Below, piece after piece: positions 9,601 to 18,831 of a stretch of DNA of 64,000 nt. This DNA is from an uncultured Candidatus Peribacteria bacterium (GTDB lineage Bacteria; Patescibacteriota; Gracilibacteria; UBA1369; UBA12473), in NCBI GenBank assembly GCA_964459205.1, contig CAYWKJ010000002.1, positions 235 to 64,234 on the forward strand, given 5' to 3'. The number at the start of each line of letters is the position of its first letter. Within the stretch, counting starts at the first letter, position 1. The position numbers and the translations under genes were made by a program. The notes beneath the pieces are model-generated. The model had not been told where the DNA came from, did not search any database, and saw only the letters and a list, made by a program, of their open reading frames with translations.

Positions 9601-10071
9601 ATGCGAATTATAGGTATAGATCCCGGATTAGCCACAATTGGTTTTGGCATACTAGACACTGATGGACCACGATCGGAGGTCCGAGATTTTGGCTATATTT
9701 CAACTCCCAAAACGCTTAGTAATGCCTCCCGTCTCGGCCAAATTGCCCGTGATCTCGAAGAAATCTGTACCAAATGGAAACCAGATGTCTGCGCTATTGA
9801 AGAGCTTTTCTTCAGTAAAAACACTTCCACCGCTCTAAAAGTGGCCGAAGCGCGCGGAGTTATCTTGCATACCATCAACAGATTGGGCTATCCTATTTTC
9901 GAATACAACCCCGGCCAAATCAAAATCGCAGTTACTGGGCACGGCAAAGCCACCAAGCCAGAAATGCAAAAAATGGTTAGCCTGATCCTCAAATTAAAAG
10001 AGATCCCCAAACCTGATGACGCCGCGGATGCTCTGGCCATTGCCCTCTGTCACGCCAACACCAAATTTTAG
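9601..10071 (+). CDS. ruvC: Crossover junction endodeoxyribonuclease RuvC
   Basis: MRIIGIDPGLATIGFGIL..., EELFF and DAADALAIALCH motifs. ATG 9601 is preferred over the upstream TTG at 9583. Confidence 0.9.
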   Translation: MRIIGIDPGLATIGFGILDTDGPRSEVRDFGYISTPKTLSNASRLGQIARDLEEICTKWKPDVCAIEELFFSKNTSTALKVAEARGVILHTINRLGYPIFEYNPGQIKIAVTGHGKATKPEMQKMVSLILKLKEIPKPDDAADALAIALCHANTKF

Positions 10072-10082
10072 CCCTCCTCTAA

Positions 10083-11519
10083 ATGAAAGGTTTCCTAACC
10101 GGTTTCGTTCTCTCCACATTACTCATGTTTAGCGTGGTTTATTTTAGCGTAGGAAACCCTAATTTAATGACCAGTTTATTTGAAATTCCAGAAGAAACCG
10201 TCGAGGTCGTAGAAATCATTGAAGAAACTCCGGAAACATCCAACAATCCAACTTATATTGATCACCTCCAAAAAGGAGACACTTTATTTGAAAGCGGATT
10301 TTACCCCTTAGCTATCACTGAGTATCAGATGGCTAGCGATCTAGAACCAACTCTCTCGGAACCTTTCACTAAATTAGGTGAAGCCTATTACTTAAATGAC
10401 GAATACGAAAACGCTAAAGCCACTCTCCAAACCGCATTAATAAACAATCCCAACAATATAACGGCTCAAGTCCTGCTTGGAAAAACACACTTATCACTCG
10501 AGTCTTTTGAAACAGCTAAAACTCAATTTGATTCTAGTGATCCCAGCAACACCGAGGTGCTTTACTACCGAGCCTTATTAAATGCTTATTTTGGAGACTA
10601 TGAAAACGCTACCATCGACCTAAATAAGGTTATAACTGCTGGAGATTACCCTAGTTACTCCCAAAACGCCCAAACAATAATTTCTTCCATTAACGAGGCC
10701 AATCTAGCCGAAGATGGCAATCCAAATTATTTAAAAACACTAATTGCGCAGAGTTTTTCTGAAAGCAATGAATCAAGCCTTGCTATCAGCTTACTTTATG
10801 ATGTCTTGCGCGAGGAACCGACTTATCGCGATGCTTGGATTATTTTGGGCTACACCTACCTTTCACTCGAACACTATCGCGATGCTCAAGACGCGCTTCT
10901 CAAAGCCCTAGAACTTGATCCAACCAAAACTGAAACCCGTTACTTCCTCGGGCTCGCTTACTTTGGCGAGGATGAATATGCCTCGGCCCTTACCCAAATC
11001 GAACTGGCCATTGAAAGTGGCTATGAACCACGCGTCCAGGCTTATCAAAAACTAGCTGATATCGCAGTCTTAGCCACTGAATATAAAAAAGCAGTCGAAG
11101 CTTATGAAAACGTTCTAGTTTTAAATTCTTCAGATGTTAACCTCTATATTCGCCCAGTTTGGCTCTATATCGACAAACTAGACCAACCCGATCGCGCCAT
11201 TGAACTAGCCGAACAAGCTGTTACCGAACACTTAAACGAAGCCATGAGCTATAACCTCTTAGGCTGGGCCTTAACGGCCGCCGGCGACTATTCCAACGCC
11301 GAATATAATCTAAACTACGCCTTAGTCCTAAATCCTGACTTAGCCGCTGCCTATCTTAACTTAGGCGTTTGGCACGAAAAACAAGGCCACACCACAGAAG
11401 CTCAAGAGCATTACAAACGAGCCTACACCCTTGATCCAGGAAGCTCTGTTGGTAACCTAGCTGCTAATCGTTATAACGAAATTCTAGCTCAAGAAGAATC
11501 CCTTAACCCTCCCACATGA
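10083..11519 (+). CDS. Membrane-anchored tetratricopeptide (TPR) repeat protein
   Basis: An N-terminal hydrophobic helix (FLTGFVLSTLLMFSVVYFSV) is followed by many 34-aa TPR-like units (A..Y..AL.L.P). Its stop overlaps the pilD start (ATGA at 11516-11519). Confidence 0.8.
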   Translation: MKGFLTGFVLSTLLMFSVVYFSVGNPNLMTSLFEIPEETVEVVEIIEETPETSNNPTYIDHLQKGDTLFESGFYPLAITEYQMASDLEPTLSEPFTKLGEAYYLNDEYENAKATLQTALINNPNNITAQVLLGKTHLSLESFETAKTQFDSSDPSNTEVLYYRALLNAYFGDYENATIDLNKVITAGDYPSYSQNAQTIISSINEANLAEDGNPNYLKTLIAQSFSESNESSLAISLLYDVLREEPTYRDAWIILGYTYLSLEHYRDAQDALLKALELDPTKTETRYFLGLAYFGEDEYASALTQIELAIESGYEPRVQAYQKLADIAVLATEYKKAVEAYENVLVLNSSDVNLYIRPVWLYIDKLDQPDRAIELAEQAVTEHLNEAMSYNLLGWALTAAGDYSNAEYNLNYALVLNPDLAAAYLNLGVWHEKQGHTTEAQEHYKRAYTLDPGSSVGNLAANRYNEILAQEESLNPPT

Positions 11520-12274
11520 TTCCTCTATTTCTCATCTTACTTTTTATTCTTGGACTACTCCTTGGAAGTTTTTTAAGTGTTCTAATTCACCGCCTTCATA
11601 CCGGTGAAAAAGGAATTGTCTTTGGATCATCGCTTTGTCCCAAATGCAATAAAAAACTCGGCCCACTCGAATTAATCCCTCTTATAAGCTACATACTACA
11701 AGGCGGCAAATGTAAAAAATGCAAAAAACACATTGCCTGGCACTATCCAGTCCTCGAACTATCCACTGGTTTACTATTTGTAGTAATGGCCATGACCGGG
11801 ATCACTCCCCTCCCGTTATTCGCGATTTACGCCCTAATTTTTGTCTTTATTTTCTTTTACGATCTTCTTTATCAAGAAATCCCAGACGCTATTATGCTTC
11901 CGGCTATTGTTTTAGCTGCTATAGCCACTTTCCATCCAGACACCGTCACTTTTTTAGATGGACTTTATGGAGCCCTGGCACTGGTAATCTTTTTCCTGCT
12001 TCAAATTATTATTTCCAAAGGAAAATGGCTTGGTGGCGGAGACCTCCGTATTGGTGCCTTTATGGGCTTTGTTTTGGGTCTTAAATTAACTATTTTAGCC
12101 GCCTTTTTTGGATATTTAATTGGTGCTGTTATCAGTGTTGGACTCCTAGCAAGTGGCAAAGCCAGTCGCAAAACCATGATCGCTTTTGGGCCTTTCTTAA
12201 TTTTAGGAACTTTAGTGGCACTTTTTTACGGACAACAACTCACTGACTGGTACCTAAATCTAATTTTGTTATGA
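11516..12274 (+). CDS. pilD: Prepilin (type IV leader) peptidase, A24 family
   Basis: An N-terminal Cys box (CPKC...CKKCKK), multiple TM helices, and catalytic Asp contexts (EIPD and GGGDLRIGAFMG). Confidence 0.88.
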   Translation: MIPLFLILLFILGLLLGSFLSVLIHRLHTGEKGIVFGSSLCPKCNKKLGPLELIPLISYILQGGKCKKCKKHIAWHYPVLELSTGLLFVVMAMTGITPLPLFAIYALIFVFIFFYDLLYQEIPDAIMLPAIVLAAIATFHPDTVTFLDGLYGALALVIFFLLQIIISKGKWLGGGDLRIGAFMGFVLGLKLTILAAFFGYLIGAVISVGLLASGKASRKTMIAFGPFLILGTLVALFYGQQLTDWYLNLILL

Positions 12275-13812
12275 AAACTAAAAATCCTGTTCTTCTTGTA
12301 ATTCTTGATGGTTTTGGTGAAGGTAAACCGCGCGATCTCGGCAATGCTCCAGTTCGTGCTGACATGAAATACTACAAATCTCTTCGTAAAAAACACCCTA
12401 CCACTTTCCTAAAAACCGACAGCGCTGCGGTTGGTCTTCCTAAAGACTCCCAAGGTGGATCCGAAGTTGGACATTTCACCATAGGCTCAGGTCGCATCAC
12501 TTGGCAATCTCTCGAAGAAATCAACCGCTCTATTAAAAAAGAAGACTTCTACAAACTAAAACCACTAAAACAAGCCTGTAAACACGACGCCCTCCATTTA
12601 ATTGGAATGATCTCGGATCAAGCTCTGCATGCTAACATTCATCACTTATTTGCCTTACTCGAAACTGCTAAACGCCAAAAAGTTAAAAAAATCTATATTC
12701 ACGCCATTTTAGACGGACGTGATGTACCCGAAAAAAGTGCTCCCAAATATTTAAAAATGATTGACCGTCGTATCAAAAAACTTGGCCTACAAGGAAAAGC
12801 CGAAGTTGTTTCTATGATTGGCCGCTACTATGCCATGGATCGAGACCAAAACTGGGAACGTACTGAAAAAGCCTACAATTTATTTGTACTTGGTGAAGGC
12901 GAACCAGCCCAGTCACCACTTAAAGGAATCGAGGCCGCTTATGCCAGCAATGTTAAAAGCGATTATTACGTTAAGCCAATAATAATCAACCCAAAAGCCA
13001 CTATTAAATCCAAAGATGCCGTGGTCTTTTTTAATTATCGCACCGACCGAGCACGCCAATTAACGTGGTCTTTAACAGGAGAAAAACCACCCAAAGCCAG
13101 TGGCATTAAAAAGCTTGGCTTTACTCCCCAGAAACGCGTGCGTCCTTATTTTGTAGCTATGGGCCCTTATTCCGAAAAAGCTCCGGTGTTATTCCCAACT
13201 CCCCTCATCAAAAAAAATCTCGCGGAAATATTAAGCAACAAAGGTTTCTCACAGCTACGCATTGCCGAAACCGAAAAATACGCGCACGTCACGTTCTTTT
13301 TTAACTCTCAAATCGAAAAACCTTACCCTAAAGAAGACCATATACTAGTCCCCTCACCAAAATGTCCCTCCTACGCTGAAAAACCCGAAATGAGTGCGCG
13401 CCAAGTCACTAAAAAACTAGTTGCAGCCATTAAAAAAAATAAATACGACGTTATTGTAGTTAATTATGCTAATGGCGACTTAGTTGGACACTCTGGCAGC
13501 CTAAAAGCAGCCATTGAATGCTGTAAGGTTCTTGATGAATGCTTAGAAAAGGTAATTCCCGAAGCTCTAAAACACGGTTACTCTACTATCTTAACTGCAG
13601 ACCATGGCAATTGTGATGAAATGCTTTATAAAAATGGAGAACCCAAACCATCACACACCTTAAACCCAGTTCCTTGTCTCTTAATTTCTGATCAAAAATA
13701 TAAGCTCAAAAAGAAACGAGGCCTCCAGGATATTGCTCCCACTATTCTTGAGCTTCTAAAAATCCCAAAACCCGCTATTATGACGGGCGAATCCCTAATC
13801 AAAAAATCTTAA
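12271..13812 (+). CDS. gpmI: 2,3-bisphosphoglycerate-independent phosphoglycerate mutase
   Basis: VLLVILDGFG, GGSEVGHFTIGSGR and ADHGN motifs; 513 aa. ATGA overlap with pilD. Confidence 0.92.
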   Translation: MKTKNPVLLVILDGFGEGKPRDLGNAPVRADMKYYKSLRKKHPTTFLKTDSAAVGLPKDSQGGSEVGHFTIGSGRITWQSLEEINRSIKKEDFYKLKPLKQACKHDALHLIGMISDQALHANIHHLFALLETAKRQKVKKIYIHAILDGRDVPEKSAPKYLKMIDRRIKKLGLQGKAEVVSMIGRYYAMDRDQNWERTEKAYNLFVLGEGEPAQSPLKGIEAAYASNVKSDYYVKPIIINPKATIKSKDAVVFFNYRTDRARQLTWSLTGEKPPKASGIKKLGFTPQKRVRPYFVAMGPYSEKAPVLFPTPLIKKNLAEILSNKGFSQLRIAETEKYAHVTFFFNSQIEKPYPKEDHILVPSPKCPSYAEKPEMSARQVTKKLVAAIKKNKYDVIVVNYANGDLVGHSGSLKAAIECCKVLDECLEKVIPEALKHGYSTILTADHGNCDEMLYKNGEPKPSHTLNPVPCLLISDQKYKLKKKRGLQDIAPTILELLKIPKPAIMTGESLIKKS

Positions 13813-14888
13813 TGAAAGCTGTTGTACTTGCCGGCGGAACCGGCACTCGCCTTTGGCCCTTAAGCCGAACAAGCAAACCCAAGCAATTCCAAAAACTGAC
13901 CTCCGGCAAAACCATGTTCGAAGAGACCATGGAGCGAATAAATTTTTTAAATCCCGAAGATATTTACATTGCTACGAACAAAAATTTTGTTCAACTAGTG
14001 AAAAACCAAGCACCAGATATACCAACCGAAAATATCATCGAAGAACCAGCTCTTCGCGACACAGCTTCTTGCATTGGATTAGCAGCCGCTGTAATCGCCA
14101 AAAAACACCCCAAAGAAGTCATGGCTGTTATCTACGCTGATCATCTAATTCAAGACCGCGATGAGTTCGTTCAAAAACTAAAAATTGCCGAAAAAGTCGC
14201 CAATGACCAAAAATCTCTCAACATTATTGAGGTTAATGCCAAATTCCCCAACGTAAACTTAGGTTACGTCCAAGTTGGCGAACAAATAGACGAAACTGAC
14301 GGCACACCAATTCTCTCCTTTAAAAAATTCACAGAAAAACCTGACCTAGAAACTGCCAAACAATTCCTAGAATCCGGCGACTACCTCTGGAACACTGGCT
14401 ATTATGTCTGGCGCGTGGATACAATCCTAGAAGCCTACAAAAACCACCTCCCCGACACTTACGAACGCTTAATGCGCATCCAAGACGCCCTCGGCACCCC
14501 TGAAGCCAATACTGTCCTCAACGCCGAATATCCGGAATGCCAAAAAATCTCAATTGACTACGCCATCATGGAAAAAGTCGACCCAACCACCGTCCGCATT
14601 ATCCCCGCAGACTTAGGCTGGAGCGACATTGGAACCTGGCTCTCCTTACACGAAGAACTCACCGACTCCCCTGACTCAAACCTTACTCGCGGCCAAACTC
14701 TCGAAATCGAAACCCAAGGCTCTATCATCTATAACGACGACCCTGATAAAACTATCGTAACTGTTGGTTTAGAGAATCTGGCGATCATCAATACTCCAGA
14801 CGCACTCCTTATCGTGGATAAAAACAAATCACAGGATGTTAAAAAGGCTGTAGAAAAATTAAAGGAAGAACAAGAAGGTTTACTATAA
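13812..14888 (+). CDS. manC: Mannose-1-phosphate guanylyltransferase (nucleotidyltransferase part only)
   Basis: MKAVVLAGGTGTRLWPLSR...KQF N-terminus and a typical GMP fold length. It lacks the C-terminal cupin, which is encoded separately downstream. Confidence 0.85.
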   Translation: MKAVVLAGGTGTRLWPLSRTSKPKQFQKLTSGKTMFEETMERINFLNPEDIYIATNKNFVQLVKNQAPDIPTENIIEEPALRDTASCIGLAAAVIAKKHPKEVMAVIYADHLIQDRDEFVQKLKIAEKVANDQKSLNIIEVNAKFPNVNLGYVQVGEQIDETDGTPILSFKKFTEKPDLETAKQFLESGDYLWNTGYYVWRVDTILEAYKNHLPDTYERLMRIQDALGTPEANTVLNAEYPECQKISIDYAIMEKVDPTTVRIIPADLGWSDIGTWLSLHEELTDSPDSNLTRGQTLEIETQGSIIYNDDPDKTIVTVGLENLAIINTPDALLIVDKNKSQDVKKAVEKLKEEQEGLL

Positions 14889-14987
14889 ATTTTGAAGTAA
14901 ATTTGTCAATCCCATCTCCTCTGGGCTTTACTTCCTTTTACTCCTGTTTTCCGCTAAACTATCGCCGTTATCAAAACCTCCTTTTTA

Positions 14988-15386
14988 ATGGAAACTCAAA
15001 TTAAGGTTAAACCCTGGGGAAGAGAAATCTGGTTCGCGCATAATGACAAATACGCCGGGAAAATTTTGGAACTTACTAAAGGCCATCGTTTTTCCCTGCA
15101 ATATCACGAAATCAAAGAAGAAACCCAATACCTCTACTCTGGAAAGGTTCGTTTTACCTACGGAACCGACAAAGATAACTTAACAGATGTCATTCTAAAC
15201 CCTGGTGACAAATTAGACATTACACCGGGCATGATTCACCGCGCTGAGGCCCTCGAAGATTCACAAATTTTCGAAGTTTCTACTCCTGAACTAGACGATG
15301 TCGTCAAAATTACTGATGACTACGGCCGTTCTGGAAAAGGCAACAACGAAGAACTTGATCGCCAGATCGCGGACCAACAAAATTAA
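14988..15386 (+). CDS. Cupin-domain protein resembling the type II phosphomannose isomerase cupin
   Basis: GHRFSLQYHEIKEE...PGMIHRAEA cupin motifs; 132 aa. It lies directly downstream of manC. CCTCC at 14977-14981 precedes the ATG. Confidence 0.75.
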   Translation: METQIKVKPWGREIWFAHNDKYAGKILELTKGHRFSLQYHEIKEETQYLYSGKVRFTYGTDKDNLTDVILNPGDKLDITPGMIHRAEALEDSQIFEVSTPELDDVVKITDDYGRSGKGNNEELDRQIADQQN

Positions 15387-15408
15387 CTTCTAATCTTTAC
15401 CTTTCATC

Positions 15409-18400
15409 ATGAACAAACGCATGATTACTCACCTCGGGCTTATCGCTCTGATGGTCATTACTCTTGGTTTTTTTGATCTTTCCTATGACACCCAAAGCAA
15501 CATCTTACCTAGTACCCCAGACAGCTTTGCTGATCAAAAAATTCACCTCGGACTAGACCTGCAAGGAGGAACCCAATTAGATTACAAACTAGACCTCCGC
15601 AAAGTTGACGAAGCCGACCAAGAAGACATTATCGAAGGTGTTTTAGAAGTACTAACTAGACGTGTTAACGGATTAGGAGTTTCTGAGCCCAATATCTATC
15701 GTTCCGAAATTGCCGACGAACAACACATCATTATTGAATTAGCTGGTATCAAAGATATTGAAGAGGCCAAAGCCGTAGTTGGAAAAACCATTCAATTAGA
15801 GTTCAAAGAAGAAGGCGGTGCTGAAATGACTGCCGAAAACCTAGCCCAAGTTGAAACCTCTGCTCAAGCTGCTTTAGATCGTATTTTAGCTGGAGAAGAT
15901 TTTATGGCCGTAGCTTCAGAAGAAGAGCTTGCTAACCCAGGTATCACCTCATATTTCCCTAGCGCTGATGAAGGTTATGAATTTGAAAGCCTATTAGCTG
16001 AAGGATACGCTGAGGCCTTAGCTGACATGGAAATTGGCGAAACTTACTCCGAACTTATTCAAACCAGTGATGGTTACACTTTTGATGTTTCTGGCAGCCT
16101 AACTCCACTTGAGGGTTACTACATTATTAAATTAATTGATGTCCGTGATGGAGAACAAATTATCGAAGAAGACAAAGAAGTAGAAGCTCGCCACGTATTA
16201 ATATCCTATGAAGGCTCAGCCGGAGCCAGTGTTACGCGCAGTAAGGGTGAAGCCGAAGATTTAGCCGAAGAAATCCTTGAAAAAGCTCAAAACGGCGAAT
16301 CTGTAGAAGAATTAGCCATGCAGTACTCGGATGAACCTGGCGCGGCTGATTCTGGCGGTTATCTTGGGTTTTTCGGGCCAAATGACATGGTCAAAGATTT
16401 TGAAGACGCGGCCTTTGCAATGGCGGTCGGAGACGTCTCATCTAAACTTGTAGAAACCGAATTTGGATTTCACATTATCGAAGTTATTGATATTAAAGAA
16501 GCAACCTCAGAAACTGTAATTGAAACTGAATACAATCTTGAAAAACTTTACTATTCTACTGCTCCAGACCCTTGGGGAGATACTGGTTTAACAGGAGAAC
16601 ATTTTGTCCACGCTGACGTGGCTTTCTCCCAAACCTACACTCCTTATGTAACCATTGAATTTAATTCCGAAGGAGCCAAGTTATTTGAAGAATTAACCGA
16701 AGCCAATATTGGCAAAAGAATTGCTATTTTTGTCGGTGGCGAACTAATTTCCGCGCCTAATGTAAATGAAAAAATAAATGGTGGACGAGCGCAAATCACT
16801 GGTAATTTTAGTGTCGAAGAAGCCTCTGAACTAGCTCGTGACCTAAATACTGGTGCTATCCCTGCTCCAGTTATCCTTGTTGGTCAGTACACTATTGGAG
16901 CTTCACTTGGGCAAAGCGCCCTTGCTACCAGCCTCAAAGCCGGTTTAGTCGGTTTAATCCTGCTTTTCCTTTACATGCTGTTTTATTACCGACTACCAGG
17001 ACTCATGGCTAACATTGCGCTACTTTTATACGCAATTCTATTAATTTTCTGTATTAAAGTCGCTATGCCACTAGCATTGGCTCTAATAATCTCGTTAGCA
17101 GTCTTTATCGTGCTGACCGCCATAATTATGCGCAGCAAGGATTCGGGTTGGGAAAAACTCCTATCCTTTTTGCTGGCCTGTTTTGTACTGTTCTTTTTAA
17201 CTTACCTTTTGTCTGATCACGTTGTTCTTACCCTAGCTGGTGTTGGTGGTGTGGTTCTTTCGATTGGTATGGCTGTTGATGCTAATATCCTTATTTTTGA
17301 GCGTCTCCGTGAAGAGCTCCGTAACGGGCGCCCACTTTCTGGAGCAATTGAGGTTGGCTTTGATCGTGCTTGGAGCTCAATCCGCGATTCAAACTTCTCT
17401 TCTCTTATTACCTGTGCGATTTTGATCTATTTTGGTTCTTCAATTATCCGTGGATTTGCGGTTAACTTGGCCCTTGGTATTTTGATTTCCATGTTCACAG
17501 CAATTATTATCACTCGCACCTTACTACGCGCTTTAGTTCACACTAAATTCGCTAACAGCAAATTCCTACTTGGTACTCCAAAAAGACCACACCCTCGCCT
17601 ACCAATTGTTAAAGCCCGCAAAGCTTGGTTCGGAATTTCTGGTGTGCTAATTGTGGCTGCTCTTATTATTATCCCAATCAAAGGATTAAACCTTGGTCTC
17701 GACTTTACTGGTGGGACATTACTTGAAGTCCAATTTAATGAAACTATCCCCACTAGTACTGAATTAAACGACAAAATAACAGAAGTAGAAGAAGAACTCC
17801 TAGGGGCAATAGACACCGCCTCTTATACGGAAGAAACCGAAACCACCTCCACATTGGAAGACGCTCCCCCAGATTTAACAGAAACTAGCTTTATAGCCTT
17901 AGAAGAAGATAAAGAAATCCCAATTGATTTTGGACAACCAATTGTAGTTTCCACTGACGAAAATCGCTTTATGATCCGCATGAAACACATTTCCACTGAA
18001 TCTCACGACGCGCTTATCTCGGCCTTTACTGACAGCTACGGTGAAATCGAAGAAACCCGCTACAACACTATTGGCCCAACTATTGGAGCTTCTATGAAGA
18101 GCAAGGCAGTTATGGCCCTGATTATGGCTTTAATCATGATCGTTCTTTATATTGCCTTTGCCTTCCGCAGCGTGCCTAAACACGTCAGTCCTTGGCGTTT
18201 TGGAGCCACGGCAATTGCCGCGCTTGTGCATGATGTGTTAATCACTGTTGGTATTTTTGTCCTGTTAGGCAGTATTCTTGGCGTAGAAATCGACGCCTTG
18301 TTTGTAACAGCGCTTCTAACCATTATGGGATTCTCGGTACACGATACAATTGTTACCTTTGACCGTGTCCGTGAAAACTTAAAACACCAAAAAGCTGGTG

Positions 18401-18636
18401 AAGATTTTGAAACTGTCTCCGAACGAGCAGTGAACGCAACTTTAGCTCGTTCCTTTAATACCTCTCTTTCAACGTTATTTACAGTGGCCGCGCTATTCTT
18501 CCTAGGTGCGGACTCCATTCATTACTTCCTGTTAGCCCTTATCGTTGGTCTTATCGCTGGTACTTACTCCTCGATCTTTACGGCTACCCCTCTACTAGCT
18601 GAATGGCAACAACGCAAAGCCCCTCGCCGCCGCTAG
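15409..18636 (+). CDS. secDF: Fused protein-export membrane protein SecD/SecF with an inserted tandem parvulin-type PPIase region
   Basis: SecD motifs (LGLDLQGGTQL, GVSEPNIYR, IAIFVGGELISAPNVNEKINGG...ITG), TM bundles, SecF motifs (LGLDFTGGT, YNTIGPTIG) and a second TM bundle. The insertion at 15829-16500 contains ARHVLISY...GGYLGFFGPNDMVKDFEDAAF...GFHIIEV. Confidence 0.92.
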   Translation: MNKRMITHLGLIALMVITLGFFDLSYDTQSNILPSTPDSFADQKIHLGLDLQGGTQLDYKLDLRKVDEADQEDIIEGVLEVLTRRVNGLGVSEPNIYRSEIADEQHIIIELAGIKDIEEAKAVVGKTIQLEFKEEGGAEMTAENLAQVETSAQAALDRILAGEDFMAVASEEELANPGITSYFPSADEGYEFESLLAEGYAEALADMEIGETYSELIQTSDGYTFDVSGSLTPLEGYYIIKLIDVRDGEQIIEEDKEVEARHVLISYEGSAGASVTRSKGEAEDLAEEILEKAQNGESVEELAMQYSDEPGAADSGGYLGFFGPNDMVKDFEDAAFAMAVGDVSSKLVETEFGFHIIEVIDIKEATSETVIETEYNLEKLYYSTAPDPWGDTGLTGEHFVHADVAFSQTYTPYVTIEFNSEGAKLFEELTEANIGKRIAIFVGGELISAPNVNEKINGGRAQITGNFSVEEASELARDLNTGAIPAPVILVGQYTIGASLGQSALATSLKAGLVGLILLFLYMLFYYRLPGLMANIALLLYAILLIFCIKVAMPLALALIISLAVFIVLTAIIMRSKDSGWEKLLSFLLACFVLFFLTYLLSDHVVLTLAGVGGVVLSIGMAVDANILIFERLREELRNGRPLSGAIEVGFDRAWSSIRDSNFSSLITCAILIYFGSSIIRGFAVNLALGILISMFTAIIITRTLLRALVHTKFANSKFLLGTPKRPHPRLPIVKARKAWFGISGVLIVAALIIIPIKGLNLGLDFTGGTLLEVQFNETIPTSTELNDKITEVEEELLGAIDTASYTEETETTSTLEDAPPDLTETSFIALEEDKEIPIDFGQPIVVSTDENRFMIRMKHISTESHDALISAFTDSYGEIEETRYNTIGPTIGASMKSKAVMALIMALIMIVLYIAFAFRSVPKHVSPWRFGATAIAALVHDVLITVGIFVLLGSILGVEIDALFVTALLTIMGFSVHDTIVTFDRVRENLKHQKAGEDFETVSERAVNATLARSFNTSLSTLFTVAALFFLGADSIHYFLLALIVGLIAGTYSSIFTATPLLAEWQQRKAPRRR

Positions 18637-18665
18637 ACTTAAAAAAAAGAATCCGTATAATACAA

Positions 18666-18690
18666 GGGAGCCTCCAAAAGGCTCCCTTTC
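18666..18690 (+). terminator. Candidate rho-independent terminator after secDF
   Basis: GGGAGCC (18666-18672), loop TCCAAAA, GGCTCCC (18680-18686), then TTTC. The short T tract makes this only moderately convincing. Confidence 0.45.
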
Positions 18691-18698
18691 AAAATCGT

Positions 18699-18775
18699 GC
18701 GCCAGTAGCTCAGTGGATTAGAGCACTGGTCTTCGGAACCAGGTGTCGGGGGTTCGAATCCCTCCTGGCGCACCA
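18699..18775 (+). tRNA. tRNA-Arg (anticodon UCG), CCA encoded
   Basis: Hand-folded cloverleaf. Acceptor stem GCGCCAG/CTGGCGC and D arm GCTC-AGTGGATTA-GAGC. Anticodon arm CTGGT-CTTCGGA-ACCAG (anticodon TCG). T arm GGGGG-TTCGAAT-CCCTC, then discriminator A and CCA (18773-18775). Confidence 0.93.
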
Positions 18776-18831
18776 GAATAAAAACTTGACCATATAAAAA
18801 ATATGTGTTTTTATCAAACCTAAAAAACACT

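Noticed and set aside
11719-14140. ORFs 11719-12084 (+) and 13853-14140 (+)
   Set aside because: They are out-of-frame overlaps of pilD and manC, and their R/S/P-rich translations are not plausible.
18639-18830. 63-aa minus-strand ORF and 64-aa plus-strand ORF (18603-18797)
   Set aside because: Both run through the tRNA-Arg gene and the secDF terminator hairpin. They are spurious.
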